Source of the DNA: Lytechinus pictus
Lineage: Eukaryota
DNA length: 64,000 bases
Reading direction: 5' to 3'
Assembly: GCF_037042905.1 (NCBI RefSeq)
Contig: NC_087245.1
Span: 15,192,001-15,256,000 of the forward strand
Position numbers and translations under genes: made by a program. Shown in pieces: positions 15,201 through 28,400 of the stretch (positions within the stretch are counted from its first letter, which is position 1; each line of letters opens with the position of its first letter). The notes below the pieces were generated by a model. The model had not been told where the DNA came from. It worked only from the letters and a program-made list of their open reading frames with translations, and did no database searches.

Positions 15201-18200
15201 AGTGGGATATTGGCTCAGCTAGATAATAGGCCCAATTTGGTGCATTAAAGATGGGTTTTGATCACTTGAATTTGGGCATAATAATGCGAGTTAATCCATG
15301 AAAATTAAATCAGAATAGCAATAGCTTTCAAAGCGAGCTAGTCTGCTTCTAGGTTTTCGTTTAGCTGTAGGCCTATATCACTCCAACTCGTCCATCCGTT
15401 TCCATTTCCCTTTTCCTCTCAGCATCAGCCGCGCCCTCCAGCAATATGCCACGCCCATAGAGTGAACTCTGTGGCCACGCCCATTCCTCCGGGTTTGTTT
15501 TGGTACACGTGCACGTGGGCTACCGGCTCACGCTGGCGGGAAGTGCAGTGGGAATTGAAAATATGTGCCCTTACGTACCGTATGTGCAGGCGCGAGTCAA
15601 CAGAGTTACTGAGTATGATGGGGTGTCCAAACTTCGCGCACTTTTCAAAAATATTCATCAGGCTTAAATTTTGTCACAAAATATTCATAATTTATACAAA
15701 ACCAATTCAAGAAATAGTTACCACATTGACAGCAAGATCGTAAACTATAAAATCATTGACAAAAATGTGAAGAAGGTCAAGGGGTTTCGACGGTGTCGCG
15801 ATCTCAAAATTCTATTCCGATCGACGGATGCGCGCTGTGCTGGAAAACCGTTCTGAAAAAGTGTGACCTAACTTCGCGGACAAAAGTTTTTGAGGAGATT
15901 GTAACACAAACTCAAGCTCAAAAGGTGAGATATTTATATCAAATTGACGACAAAATGCCATAGAATTAGTCAGTACCACAATGAACTCACATTTTTGATG
16001 ATATCTGCTTGCAAAAGGATGATATCGTGATGCTTGTTGAGAATATAAAAATTCTTCGGAACGAGCGCTAACGCTGACAAATTTGCCGATCTTTTGACAA
16101 TATTTTCATGAATACTGAACTCATCCTGAAGAAAGTTATCCCAAAGGGTAATTTTACGTCGCTTTTCACGTTGATGATGTCAGATTTTAAGGTTATTGGC
16201 TAGTTTTTGAGATAATGACCGTCCGCGAAGTATGGACACACGCGAAGTTTGGACTCACTGCCATACGAGTATGGTTGGAACTACCCCTTATCGACCACCT
16301 AATCTTCTAAGCATCGTATCTGCGAAAATATTCATCAATTTTACCCAGTTTTCGTCTCATTTGTGCAGAAAATTGAGCAGATCAGATTCCCATGTTTCGC
16401 TTGGCGACTCCGATTCAATCCGCGTATATATCGACGAAAAACGAATACGACGATTTTACATTTGCTCATTTGCACCCGTCTTTTGAAACCGACCACCCGC
16501 GATACACTAAGTTTACGGCCGATTCTTGTCGCGGTGGCGAAATATTTTTACTCTTCCAAATCATTTCTATGATGTCAACATGCTAAATGATCGTTTCACT
16601 ACTTCCAGTGCGAGCTCCGGCACATGATTCGACGATTGACGACGGGTATTTGTTCTAAAGCCGTTTTCTATCGGATTTCTTGGTTTTTCAGCGGGGTTTG
16701 GGTTTGGTCAATACAATTTTGATTAATTCTACTAAATTTTTACTTTTTGTTGCTTCTTTTTTTCTCGTAAAATCGATTCATACCGTTTCTATGGACACTG
16801 CGCCTACTCTCCGCGCGTATCGTTTGTAATACGCAATAATTTTAACGCGCGCAAGGTGGTCGGTTTCAAAAGAGGTGGTCGATATGTGGTAGTCTCACCA
16901 TACGACTTTATTTTGGAAATGGGCTGTGGCCCAAAGCGATGTGCCTCATCGTTTAACTGTTATATTAATGCTACAATTTACCCTAACTTCTTATTTTTCG
17001 CCAGGTCCATCTTGATTGACAATGGCAACCCAACAGACCTGATATACATCCGCCCGGGTGGTGTCGTCTCTTACAAGAACGAGGAGCTCGCTCTCCCCAC
17101 CAAGGCCGGGGGAATGGTTCTTGAGCGCATCGCTCACTACATCCTCGCAACAAGTGGACTGGGTTTCAGCATCCTTTACGATGGGAAAGAAGCCATTACG
17201 GTTTTCGCCAATTCAGATTCACTGAGGGGCAACACATGTGGTCTCTGTGGTGTCTATGACCATGATCCAAGTAACGACATGAAAACGCCGAGCGGAACAA
17301 TCGCTGATGATGCCTACACCTTCGGTCTGTCATGGAAGGGCATGGATGAAAGAGGTAAGGTTCAGGGCCAAGGAATAATACTGAGTCAGTGTTCCTCCAT
17401 GTGGTGTAACAGGGCACAGCAGGCATTTGGAGGTAGGTATTGGTTAGCAAGGATTGAGTGAATTATTAACATAATAGCGGCAATGATAATTTTAATGATA
17501 ATGATTAGTAATAGTAAAATTCTTGGCTAACCTCTCTTGCTATTTGCATTGCCATAAATAAAATACAAATAATCTAAATATTTATTGAGATTATTGTATT
17601 TGTATGAGTATTTTACGGGCATTTCCCTTTTATGGACAAATGATAATTCAGTTGAGCTCAATGATGAAAAATAAAATACAGATGGTTTTGTTTAAATTCA
17701 TGAACATGCATTGCTCAATTATTTATCAAGACTTTGATATGACAGCTACATGTAGGTATCGTTTTGTTTCATCATGTTGAATGTCATTTGACCACTGACC
17801 GTCAAGTGACATCTTTTCAGATATTTAAAAATCTTTGCTCACCTTGCAATGCCCTTACACCTTTCAATATTTCTTCATGTAGATCCTGCATATTGTCCGG
17901 ATGTTCCCACGGTTCCCCTCCGATGCACACAATACAGCAGCTTTGAGTCGCCGGAAGCAGAAGAGAAGGCTCAATTTGTTGAGTCAGAATGTGCTCAACT
18001 ACGTCATGGAACCTTCATGGCATGTCACCAGGTCAGTTATCCCTCTCACAATTGATGATGATTGGAAATCATTTATTCAAAGTTTCCACAATTAATATCT
18101 GTTCACAAGTAGTCGACCAATCAACAGTTGGTGTCTGAAAATTGGAATTTCTGATTATCTAATAAGAAAAGGTTTTACTCCCAAAATATCCATAATATAT

Positions 18201-19412
18201 AAAATCAAGAAATCATGCCATACAAAGCTGAAGGTAAAATTGTTCCTTTCTTGAAGGGGGGGGGGGGGGGGGGGGTCAAAACATACAGAGACATTGTTAT
18301 GGATCTTAAGATATATATACATGTATTTTGTTCCTCTGTTCTAAATAAAGGTTGTAGATCCAGAGCCATATATCATTGCTTGTGAGCAAGACGTGTGTGC
18401 ATGTGAGATGCAACCTCAAGAAAATGGGGAATTGGGAAACGACTGCAAGTGTGCTGCTTTCACAGCTTATACCCAGGAGTGTTCCAGGCGAGGCTTCCAG
18501 GTCTCATGGAGATCTCTTGACTTCTGCCGTAAGTATTCCTCAGTACTTCCTGGATGGCAATATAGCTGTTTCACAAACTAATGTTGCATTTCATGAGAAA
18601 AAAAGGCCAGAATGCAATTTCTGGGTGGACCACTTACATTGATTCTTGAATTCAAAATCCAAATCCAATTTATCAAAACAAGGATTAACAAGCAAGAGAC
18701 CAATTAATGCGTTGGGTTCAAAGGTGGCAGTAGTTCAGACGTAAGATCTTGGCTTTATACAGTCAAAATACATTGATTTTCTATTAAATTTTACAATTTA
18801 GTTAATGCTGGTTGTAAGAAGTCTACCCTTCAGGATTACGTAACTTGGGAAGAAAAAGAAAACATTTATTTATCTTCAACCACAAGAAGTTGTACTCTAG
18901 GATAAAACCTTAGCTTGTATACCATTTAAAAACATTTGATTCATTTCTATTTACACCTCGTGCAGCTTTTGATTGCTCAGTGGACAAAGTCTATGACCAG
19001 TGCGGATCAGCATGCACCCAGAGGGGTTGCAGCACTGCTATCGCTGATTGTGAAACAGATGAAACTGTTGGGTGCATTGAGGGATGTCACTGCCCCACAG
19101 GAACCTACCGATCGTCTTCTGGCGAGTGTGTCAGTGCCAACCAGTGTTTCTGCTCTTGGCAAGGGACGGAGTATGAGCCTGGAAAGCAGATCTCAGATGG
19201 CTGTAATGAATGGTATGTACTTTACTACCAAGGGTTATTTTTGAGGCATCACAGATAGGATCTCTTTCATTGCGTTTGATCAATTCTTATTTCTTGGGCA
19301 CATCATATCTGTATAGAAGTGAGTGCCTGTGCTAGAAGTATGCTGCCAAAACTAAATAATGTACCGTACGTAACGGACTATAAACCGCACCCGTGGATTA
19401 ACCGCACCCCCA

Positions 19413-19444
<32 letters not shown>

Positions 19445-22400
19445 AAAAACCTCACATTTATATTTGAGGTACGAAGAAACAAAAACTAAGTTAAAGATTT
19501 CAAAGTATCCAAAGAGATTACCGGTATGCGGAAATCTGCTGTTCTTGATCAATTCATCTACAAATGTTAGCAAGAAAGAAAGGTCTCGACAATATTGGCC
19601 ACTTACACACTCACAGTCACAGTGCACACACACACAGCACTGCCGTTCTTGTACATTGCAAACTACGATACGGTACCACTACCAGTACATCTTATCAAAT
19701 AATGATCTGTGTCTTTCCCGGCGTAGGAGGAAGAAACATTCACATTTCTTGCATCACAAACTCACAATCACTTTCAGAATTTGTCTAGCATTCGATGTCT
19801 TAGCATGAATTTTGGAAACGGGATTACAGGAAGGTTCAAGAAACAAAGAAATTGGCATTTTTTACAGTTGTTTTTAAGGCTTCGTGCCGTCTCTCTCTTG
19901 CGGGGTGTTCATGGTATCTTATGAAAAGCAAACGGGAAAGAAAAAATAAGCTGGCGCGAAACGGGACTTTCGAGGGGATCGAGGGTTAAAATGAATAGCG
20001 CCAGCTTAAGTCGCACTATAACCACAATACAACGCAAGCTAGCTAGCTCAGCTCACTCAACTCTCGCGCTCGCTCAGCTGCGACAAAATATTACCGAGTA
20101 TGCTTGGCGTCTCTTTGAAAGGGAACTTCGCTGCTTTGAACCGAGAATAAAGTCGAAATTAGTGTCATGAAGGTGGGTGCGTTTGTTATAGACAATATTT
20201 GATTGATAAGATCGTAATAATTGCTTCTCATTACCCGCGGCTCATAGTCATACCCCTCTAAACGACATTGCCCTGGGCGGCTACGCCCGGCCACTCGATG
20301 TGTTGTGGCAGACGTCTTACATGTTCGGGAGGGGTTACGAGAGGCTGGCTCAGACCCGTCACCGTGGATAAACCGCACCCCCGACTTTTGCTTCTATCCC
20401 GCCGAGAAAAAGGTGCGGTTAATAGACCGTTACTTACGGTACACTTTTTAGGGCAGAAGTCACTTGTGTGTATTGAACCCATAAGTAGCTTGTATACAAA
20501 GTGGACATATGTACAAGTTTGAAGATCGCAACAATGCTTTATAGTGGATCCCCTCATTTCCAGATAAGATTTTGTTGAAAATATTTCACAAATGTTTTGG
20601 AATTTGTAATTGATTTGTAATCATTATTATATTTCATTTGTATTTGTTTATATTCATGATGTATGTTTGATTTGTATTTGTTTAAAATGTTAATAATGGA
20701 AATGAAAATAAAACTTGAACTTGAACTTGAACAATATCCAGAATTATATGAATGAGAAAGAGCTCCAGCATGGTAAATCATCAATGAAACCCAGAAAATC
20801 TAAATCTAGAAATTTGCACGTGAAAATGAGCACTGATATCTTCTTTGCATCACCTACACACTGCACATTGTACATATACTGAATACCACCCCTCCCTTTG
20901 CCAACAAAGCAACGTGCATCCTACCCAATATTATTGTTAATTTTGTTTACTTGCAGTGAATGTGTTGACGGGAAGTGGCAGTGCACACAGAATGATTGCG
21001 GAGGTATTTTTCATTATAGATATTTTAGATTGTATGAACATGAGTAAGATCAAACCTTGATTTGTAAATATTAGCATGCACAGTGTAAGCTCTTACTTGA
21101 TTTATTCTGAGAAGATAATTTATAGTATTTTGAAAATTCACAAGGATACTAAATGCATAAAAGGAAAAAAAGAAGTGAAATGTAAAATGTAAAATTGATA
21201 TGGGATGTTTATCAAAGTGTTAGAAAATAGAGACAAGATTTATGAGAATTATTAATATTTGCATAGCTCTGTAATGTTAATGCCAAGTAAAGCCTAAGAC
21301 TGAAGAAATGAGATTAGATAATGATAACTTATTTTATTTCAAAAGTAACACTGGTAGAGCAGTATCATGACCAGGTCTCAAACAACCAAGAATTGCATTT
21401 GATCTGATCAGTCTCAACCATGGAAAGCGAGCAAAATTATCATCTAAAATGCATTAGTTCTTTCAAATCGTTCTGTAGATGTGATTAATTGTTGTTCATA
21501 CCCCTTTTTCTTGATCAGTCTTTGTTTGTGCTCATGGTTACTTTCAAATGGCCAGTGCATCTGCCTCCTAGATTAGGAATTACAACATTTATATATTTCC
21601 TTATTTAAGATAAATTGGAATAATTGCAATTCTGTTTAAGATGGGGCCCGAGAAGTTGCTACCCTCAGTAAATGAACAATTTTAATATTGTTATCATTAG
21701 GTTTGTGCCAAGTCAGCGGACATGGCCACTACCATACCTTTGACAGCTACACATATGATTTTGCCGGTACCTGTACCTACACTCTTGTTAAAGACTGTTG
21801 GAGTGTGGGCAGTCTGTACATGGTCAACATCGAAAATACTCCATGTGGGATGGAAGGCGCCTCCTGCGTTAAGGCAGTTGTCTTAGAAGATGGAATGAAT
21901 GTTGTACGTCTTCGAAGAGGACATCAAGTTTTGATCAATGGACAAGAAGTGACAGAGTTCCCCAAGACAGTTGGCAACATCTATGTGAACCAACCAACCA
22001 AACATCAAACAGCTGTGAGTTACCTTTACTTCAAATTTTGGAAATTTCAAAAAATCGTTCCCCAGAAGTTTATTTACCTTATGCTTGAACTATATTTGTT
22101 CAGTTGGGGATATGATTATTAAACTTAGATGAAGCCAAATCTGAATTAGAAAGTTGCAAGAAAGCATCAGAAACTAAGGTCTCTATGTGAAGTCCGATTC
22201 AGATATGTACACATTTAAATTCATTTATTCTTATCAGTTTATTCATGCTCTGTTTAGTTTCAGAATCCTAAATTGAAAAATCCTAAAATGACAAAACACC
22301 ATAAAAAAAATGAATGATCCAGTTTACAAAGCTAAATGTAAAATTATCAACAGATATCACCTTGCCTTTCTTGCAGTTGTACTCATTATTCCTTTATCCG

Positions 22401-25400
22401 AACATTCAAATGCTCTGTTAAATGTTGGCAATTTACTGGCCCAATCTATGCAGGCTGTTATGGACAATGGGTTGACAATTCTCTTTGATGGCAACAACCA
22501 TGTTGTAGTGATGGCTGATGAAAGACATCTTAATGCAACCTGCGGTCTATGTGGTATATACAACAACAATCAGCGTGATGATTTCTACACTGAAGCTGGT
22601 AAGAAATTGATTACCAAAAACAACCAAAAAACAATTGAATGTTTGTAATGTATAAAAATGTTGAAGGCCAGCTGTAAAGCTATTAATTTCAAAAGTTAAA
22701 GTTCACCCATTGACTATGCTCATTTCACTACTTGTTGTAAAGGGACCTTTTGGTTCCAGTTTAACAGGTTAAGGATCCCCCACCATCTGTGTGCCTTCAT
22801 TAGTTTGTATTCTTTGTGGCTTTGCACACTTAGCTGATTCTTCATGCAAAAGACGTAAAACCAGACTGGCCTATGTAGTCTGCATGAAGATTACTATTTA
22901 ACATCCTGTCTTAACTATAAGGTGTGATAGATCTATGTATACCATGATTCTATTTTCATGTGGCTACAAGCTTATATGCTATATATCCCAAAGGCTACAC
23001 TTTTTGTAAAAATGATTTTATGTATCCTTGCCTGTAGTATTTACTGCATGAAATTTGTTAAATCATCTTTGAGACAGTACTGATAATCTTGTGTGATGTT
23101 AGTCGCATTCAAATATGAAATGTGAAGTTTGATTGCTTTGAGTATGATACTGAATCTGCTTAACCTGTTATTTCTCTGATGATATTCTCTTGTGAAGGTG
23201 ACATTGAATCCAACCCAGCTTCATTTGCCAATAAGTGGAAGCTTGGTTCATCATGCCCTGATGCCGAGGATGATGCAACCGATCCTTGTGATCTCTACTC
23301 TCAGAAGGCACTCACTGCAGAATTAGAATGCAACAGACTCTATACCGATGATGCCTTTGCAGGTAAGCATCCCACCGCTGCCATTAAAATGACAAGATGT
23401 CAATCCTAGAACACACTTAACCATCTTACAAATGTAATTGCAGCTAGTAGGGGAACTACTTTGTACAATGCCACCAACAACATTATTTAATTTGATAAGC
23501 CAATGCGACTACAGATGGCAATCTAACTCGGACAATATAACATATATGTAATGGGGCAAGGCATCAACTAAGAAAAAGGCTGTTTTATTAGATATTCACA
23601 TTGAAGGTAAATAGTCCATTTGATTTTCCTAGGTTGACAGCTATTCTCATTGTTGAAATTTTAATTAAATCTCTATTTCACAGCTGTGACAAACTTCTTA
23701 ATTCTGTTGACCAGATCAAGAATGCCATTGAATCCCATCTGTTTTGCCAAGCGGACAATGGATTGCATGGACTAAGCTGATCATTCTGAGGGGTTGAATT
23801 ATTGTTTTAGTGGTCCAAACATGGAGTAATTTGTGTGCAGTGCTTTGTAACCGAAAGGAAGAGGCGCTATATCAAATGTCTATTTGATTGGATTGTACTT
23901 TACATTATTGTTCCACTTTTTCTCATCTGTGTTTAGTCTGTCGGCGTTATGTTGACCCTGAGGTGTTCTTTGAAGCATGTAGACGCGACATATGCAACTG
24001 TGAGACAGGTGATAGCTGCAAATGTGAGGTCTTTGCTATGTTTGCAACCCAGTGTGAGCAGAAAGGTGTGGTTGTTGACTGGCGGACAGACACACCAGGA
24101 TGCGGTGAGTTAAATTTTTATTTTTCAAGTCATTTTTTAACAATAGCTGAACTTTATTCATAAGTCAATAAAACCTTGCAACTTCTATCGTAGGATTTGT
24201 TCCATTATTTGTGTGATGACGGCTAATATTTTCAACAGAAATAGATAAATTTCCAACATTCCTGCTTTGTACAGTTTTTAATTTAATCATGCATTATCAA
24301 ATCTATAGTAAGATTGATACATGTATTAAATAAAGAAAGGGGAAAAAGTTTACAAACTATATTTCCTAGATATTGTTTGTAATGTTGGTATATATGAATT
24401 TATCAAACACTGAATTGTGTGTAGTTTGTTTGAAAGCACTGTATTACGAGATGCCTGTGCTGTCCAGTTTGATGACTTCTGCTCAAGGTGTGGATGTGAG
24501 TTTGTGAGTTTATTTTCTAACGTTAACATGAACATCAGGTAGCCAGAGCCAAGCATTTTTTTATTGCCATGAAATCAAATTCTGACATACCAACATCTAA
24601 AGCTCATCTTGTTCATTCCCATTCCAGGGATCAGCTGTGAGGGAGGGCTTGTATACAGCCGTTGCCACCCCATGTGTGAAACAACTTGCAATGCCCTGTC
24701 ATCCAATTCGGTTTGCGATGAGACCTGCGTCGAAGGATGTGCATGCCCCGATGGTTCTGTCATGAGTCCCAGTGGCGCATGCGTGGCCCCAGAGAATTGC
24801 GGCTGTGTAGACCCTGATTCTGGGGAGACATACGCCCCTGGAGAGAGAATAGAGAAAGGATGTGGTTTCTGGTGAGTCTCAAGAAATGTTATAATAAGCT
24901 TCACATGGATGAAAAAAAAAGAATGAGTTTAGATATTTTGTCATTTAAGGATTTTAATCATTGAAACTTTCTTTTTAGCTTTCTCATTGAAAAGTAGAAT
25001 GGCCATGTTTTTATCTGAATTTAAATGAAAACAGTTTGAAATTTAAGAACCTATACATTGAAAAAAAAACTGTCTTCTATTTTAAATTCATTTCCATTAT
25101 GTAAATATATTTTGATAAATAAGTTTATTGGTATTTTGTGATATTGAACCTTTGATGGAAATGAGGTTTTGTTCCAAATTTACCCAATTATGGGATGTTT
25201 TACAATCAAGGTGTAGCATTGAATAAAATGATTTTTGTGTGGCATAAAAACAATCATGTGTAATTTAATTTATTTTTATTTATCTAGTGAGTGCTTTGCT
25301 GGAACATGGGCATGTGAAGAATTGGACTGCCCCGCAGATGCATGCCTTCAGAACCAAGTGTACGTCCCCTGCGTCAGCCCGTGTGTCAAGAGCTGTACCA

Positions 25401-28400
25401 ACATGCATGAGTTTGAAGACTGCTCGGCTGCAACATGCTTCGGTGGTTGTGAGTGCGCTGAAGAGTTTGTCTGGGATGGAACAGCCTGTGTACTGCCAAC
25501 CAGCTGCCCCTGTCATCATGGAGGATACAGCTATTCTGAAGGCTTTGTCCTCCAAACTGATGAATGCCACTCCTGGTAACTATCATCAGCATTTCCTTCT
25601 TGAATTACATTTACAGATTCAAGCATGTCAAATAATTTTATTTGCTCTCATTTGAGATTTTTCATATCCTCTCCAGTGTACTTCTTCAGGCGATGTGTTC
25701 TCACGCAGCAACTCCCTTTTCACTCTGCAAGGAATATGGCAAAATCAGAGTATCTTTCAGCTGTCCCTATTCTAAAGCTTGAGCTAAGTTGTCTCACAGA
25801 CCAACCCCTCTGGTCAGAGATTATATATATTGCACCTTATCTCCCTCCTTAGATTGCCATGCCAATTGCTGATAAAGATTGGTTTATTTCTTTCTCTGCT
25901 GGTACTCTTTGTATTGTTTATGCTACTGATATCATTGTTTATGCTACTGATATTCATTGATAATGAATCTCAGATGAGATTTGATTAAAACAACAACACA
26001 TGTGAAATCAATATGCACCAATTATAGTACTCATGGATGAATTCAAAATCCTCACGAGGGTCTCTTACATATCAATAATTATTGTAAAGATGGTGATAAT
26101 GATGATAATAATTATATCTATAGCGCAAATGCATTCTCTTAGCCATTAAAGTTTTTTACACACATTTACACACTGGCAGTTTAAACTCAATTATTGGATT
26201 AATTACCCACTGCCCCACTTGTACATGCCTTTAATTCAATGTATTTTGCATTTTGATGATTTACGAGTCTGGAATTCCACTTACGGGTTAAAATAATGAC
26301 CTGCATGTGAAGTCATGAATGTTATTTATTTTCTATTGTTTTTGTCAACTTACAGTACCTGTACAAACAGCAAATGGGAATGCCATGAGAAAAACTGTAA
26401 CGGTAGGCACTCATTATCATTTTAATTATTTTGTATGATACCAAGTGAAGATTGATTCATACTTGTTTGTTCCTTTATACGTTTAAATTTTGATGTAATT
26501 CATATCTTTATCTTTATGTCCATTCATAATATCAGATTCATATTAACTATAACTATAGAAAGCCAATTATATGCTATGATGTTTTGTATAACCTGAAATA
26601 GTATACACATTTGCCCCATAATTATGCCTCTTTTTATTAACAAAAGGACAAATTAATGTGAATGCCTTTTCGAAGAAAGAGTATAGTGTTACTGTCTGCA
26701 TGCGATTCTTGGCTCCTTGTTTTAAAAATATGAGCAGTTGATCATGGGGATGAGTTTTTATGATTGATCATTATTTTTAATCTATCACAATAGTACAGTT
26801 TGTCAAGAAGCTTGCGTTGTGGGGACGAGATTGAATTTGAATCAATTGAATCTTCATTTACTTGAAGCAACACTTTCACTGGAAGAAGAAGAAGGGTTTA
26901 AAAGACATCAATGTTGGTTTTAATATAAATGATATCTAAATCTAAATCTAAATTTCATTGATCAATTAGTCATGTGACATACTTTCATATTGTGAAAAGA
27001 TTCTTGAAGGCACTGAAGAAATTGAACTTACAGATCACGTTCATTACTATATATCACATTCCTATAAAACAGTCACCAATCGAAAACACAAGGCATATTT
27101 AATTTCACTGAATTCATGAAAGCGTTGGGGAAACACTAGGTAGTTCAGCACAAGTGAACAAGCTTTCCATGGGTTTTTGTCAACCTAATGTATTTTCAGG
27201 TGTGTGTACGGCATGGGGAGATCCTCATTACAAGACGTTCGATGGCAGATTGTTTGACTTCCAAGGTGATTGTGACTACGTTCTGGTCACTGATAGTGTC
27301 AGCCAAGCTTCAGGAGTCCCTTTCTTCCATATCGTAGTTTCAAATATTCCTTGTGGAACATCTGCTGTTACTTGTACCAAGTCAATCACATTTAGCTTAG
27401 GTAAGCAACTTCTTTCTTTTTTTCTGGGGAGATGGGAAAAGAAAAGAAAAAAGGCTTCACAATTTATGTGCCATTTTAAGAGGGAGATGATGATTGTGAT
27501 AATTATGCACCTTCATCTTCAGCAGCATTAGCATTGTTTGAAATGTTTTGTTACCTCTGAAAAAAAAAATTGAATAAGTTTTGTTTCAATAAAACATTTT
27601 CATTATAAAATAGAATTATTCATGAATATTATACTAAGATTATTATGATGGTTATTGCTTATATTGATAAATTAAAATGTTTTAGTGATGTTTAATATGA
27701 ATTACTGTTGTATAGAAATAAAACCAAATATTTGGCATTAGCAAAATTCACATCACCAACATTGACTCATTCATATGTTCATCCTTTCAATTCATTGACT
27801 GGCCAATTGGCTTGCTTGGTTTTCATGTGGTTTTGACTTTGACATGGAATGATCTCTCTGAATTTAAATCTATAAAATACCAGATAGTCATGATGTAGAG
27901 GACTTCTACAAACCACGATTTCAGTGTTACATTGCTAGTATTAATGCTGTGAACATATTCTATCATGACACAATTCAGTTAGATTAAATTTTTAGTATGA
28001 TAAGTTGGCTAGCAAGCAATGCAAACATAATGTAGTAAATAGACTATTAAATTGATAATTCAGCCAATGCATTATCAACACTGTAGAAACCAAGCCATCT
28101 GGCTCCAGGTAAACCAAAAACCCAAGCAGAATATATACTCTGTGTCTTAAGGAAGATAAATAGGCAATATTAACAATATTCAAATGAACGATTGTTTTCT
28201 TCATCGATTATCTCATCTATTAGCATTTTTCCAGCTACATTTCAAATAAGTAAACAAATTATTTTCCAATAAAAATGGCAGTATCTTCAATAGGCAGATG
28301 ATAAGATGAATTTCTTCTCTAATTCCTTTCTCAACATACCCTGTTCAGGCGTCGGCAGCAATCAGGAAAAGCTACACCTCATCCGCGGCAAAAGTATTCC

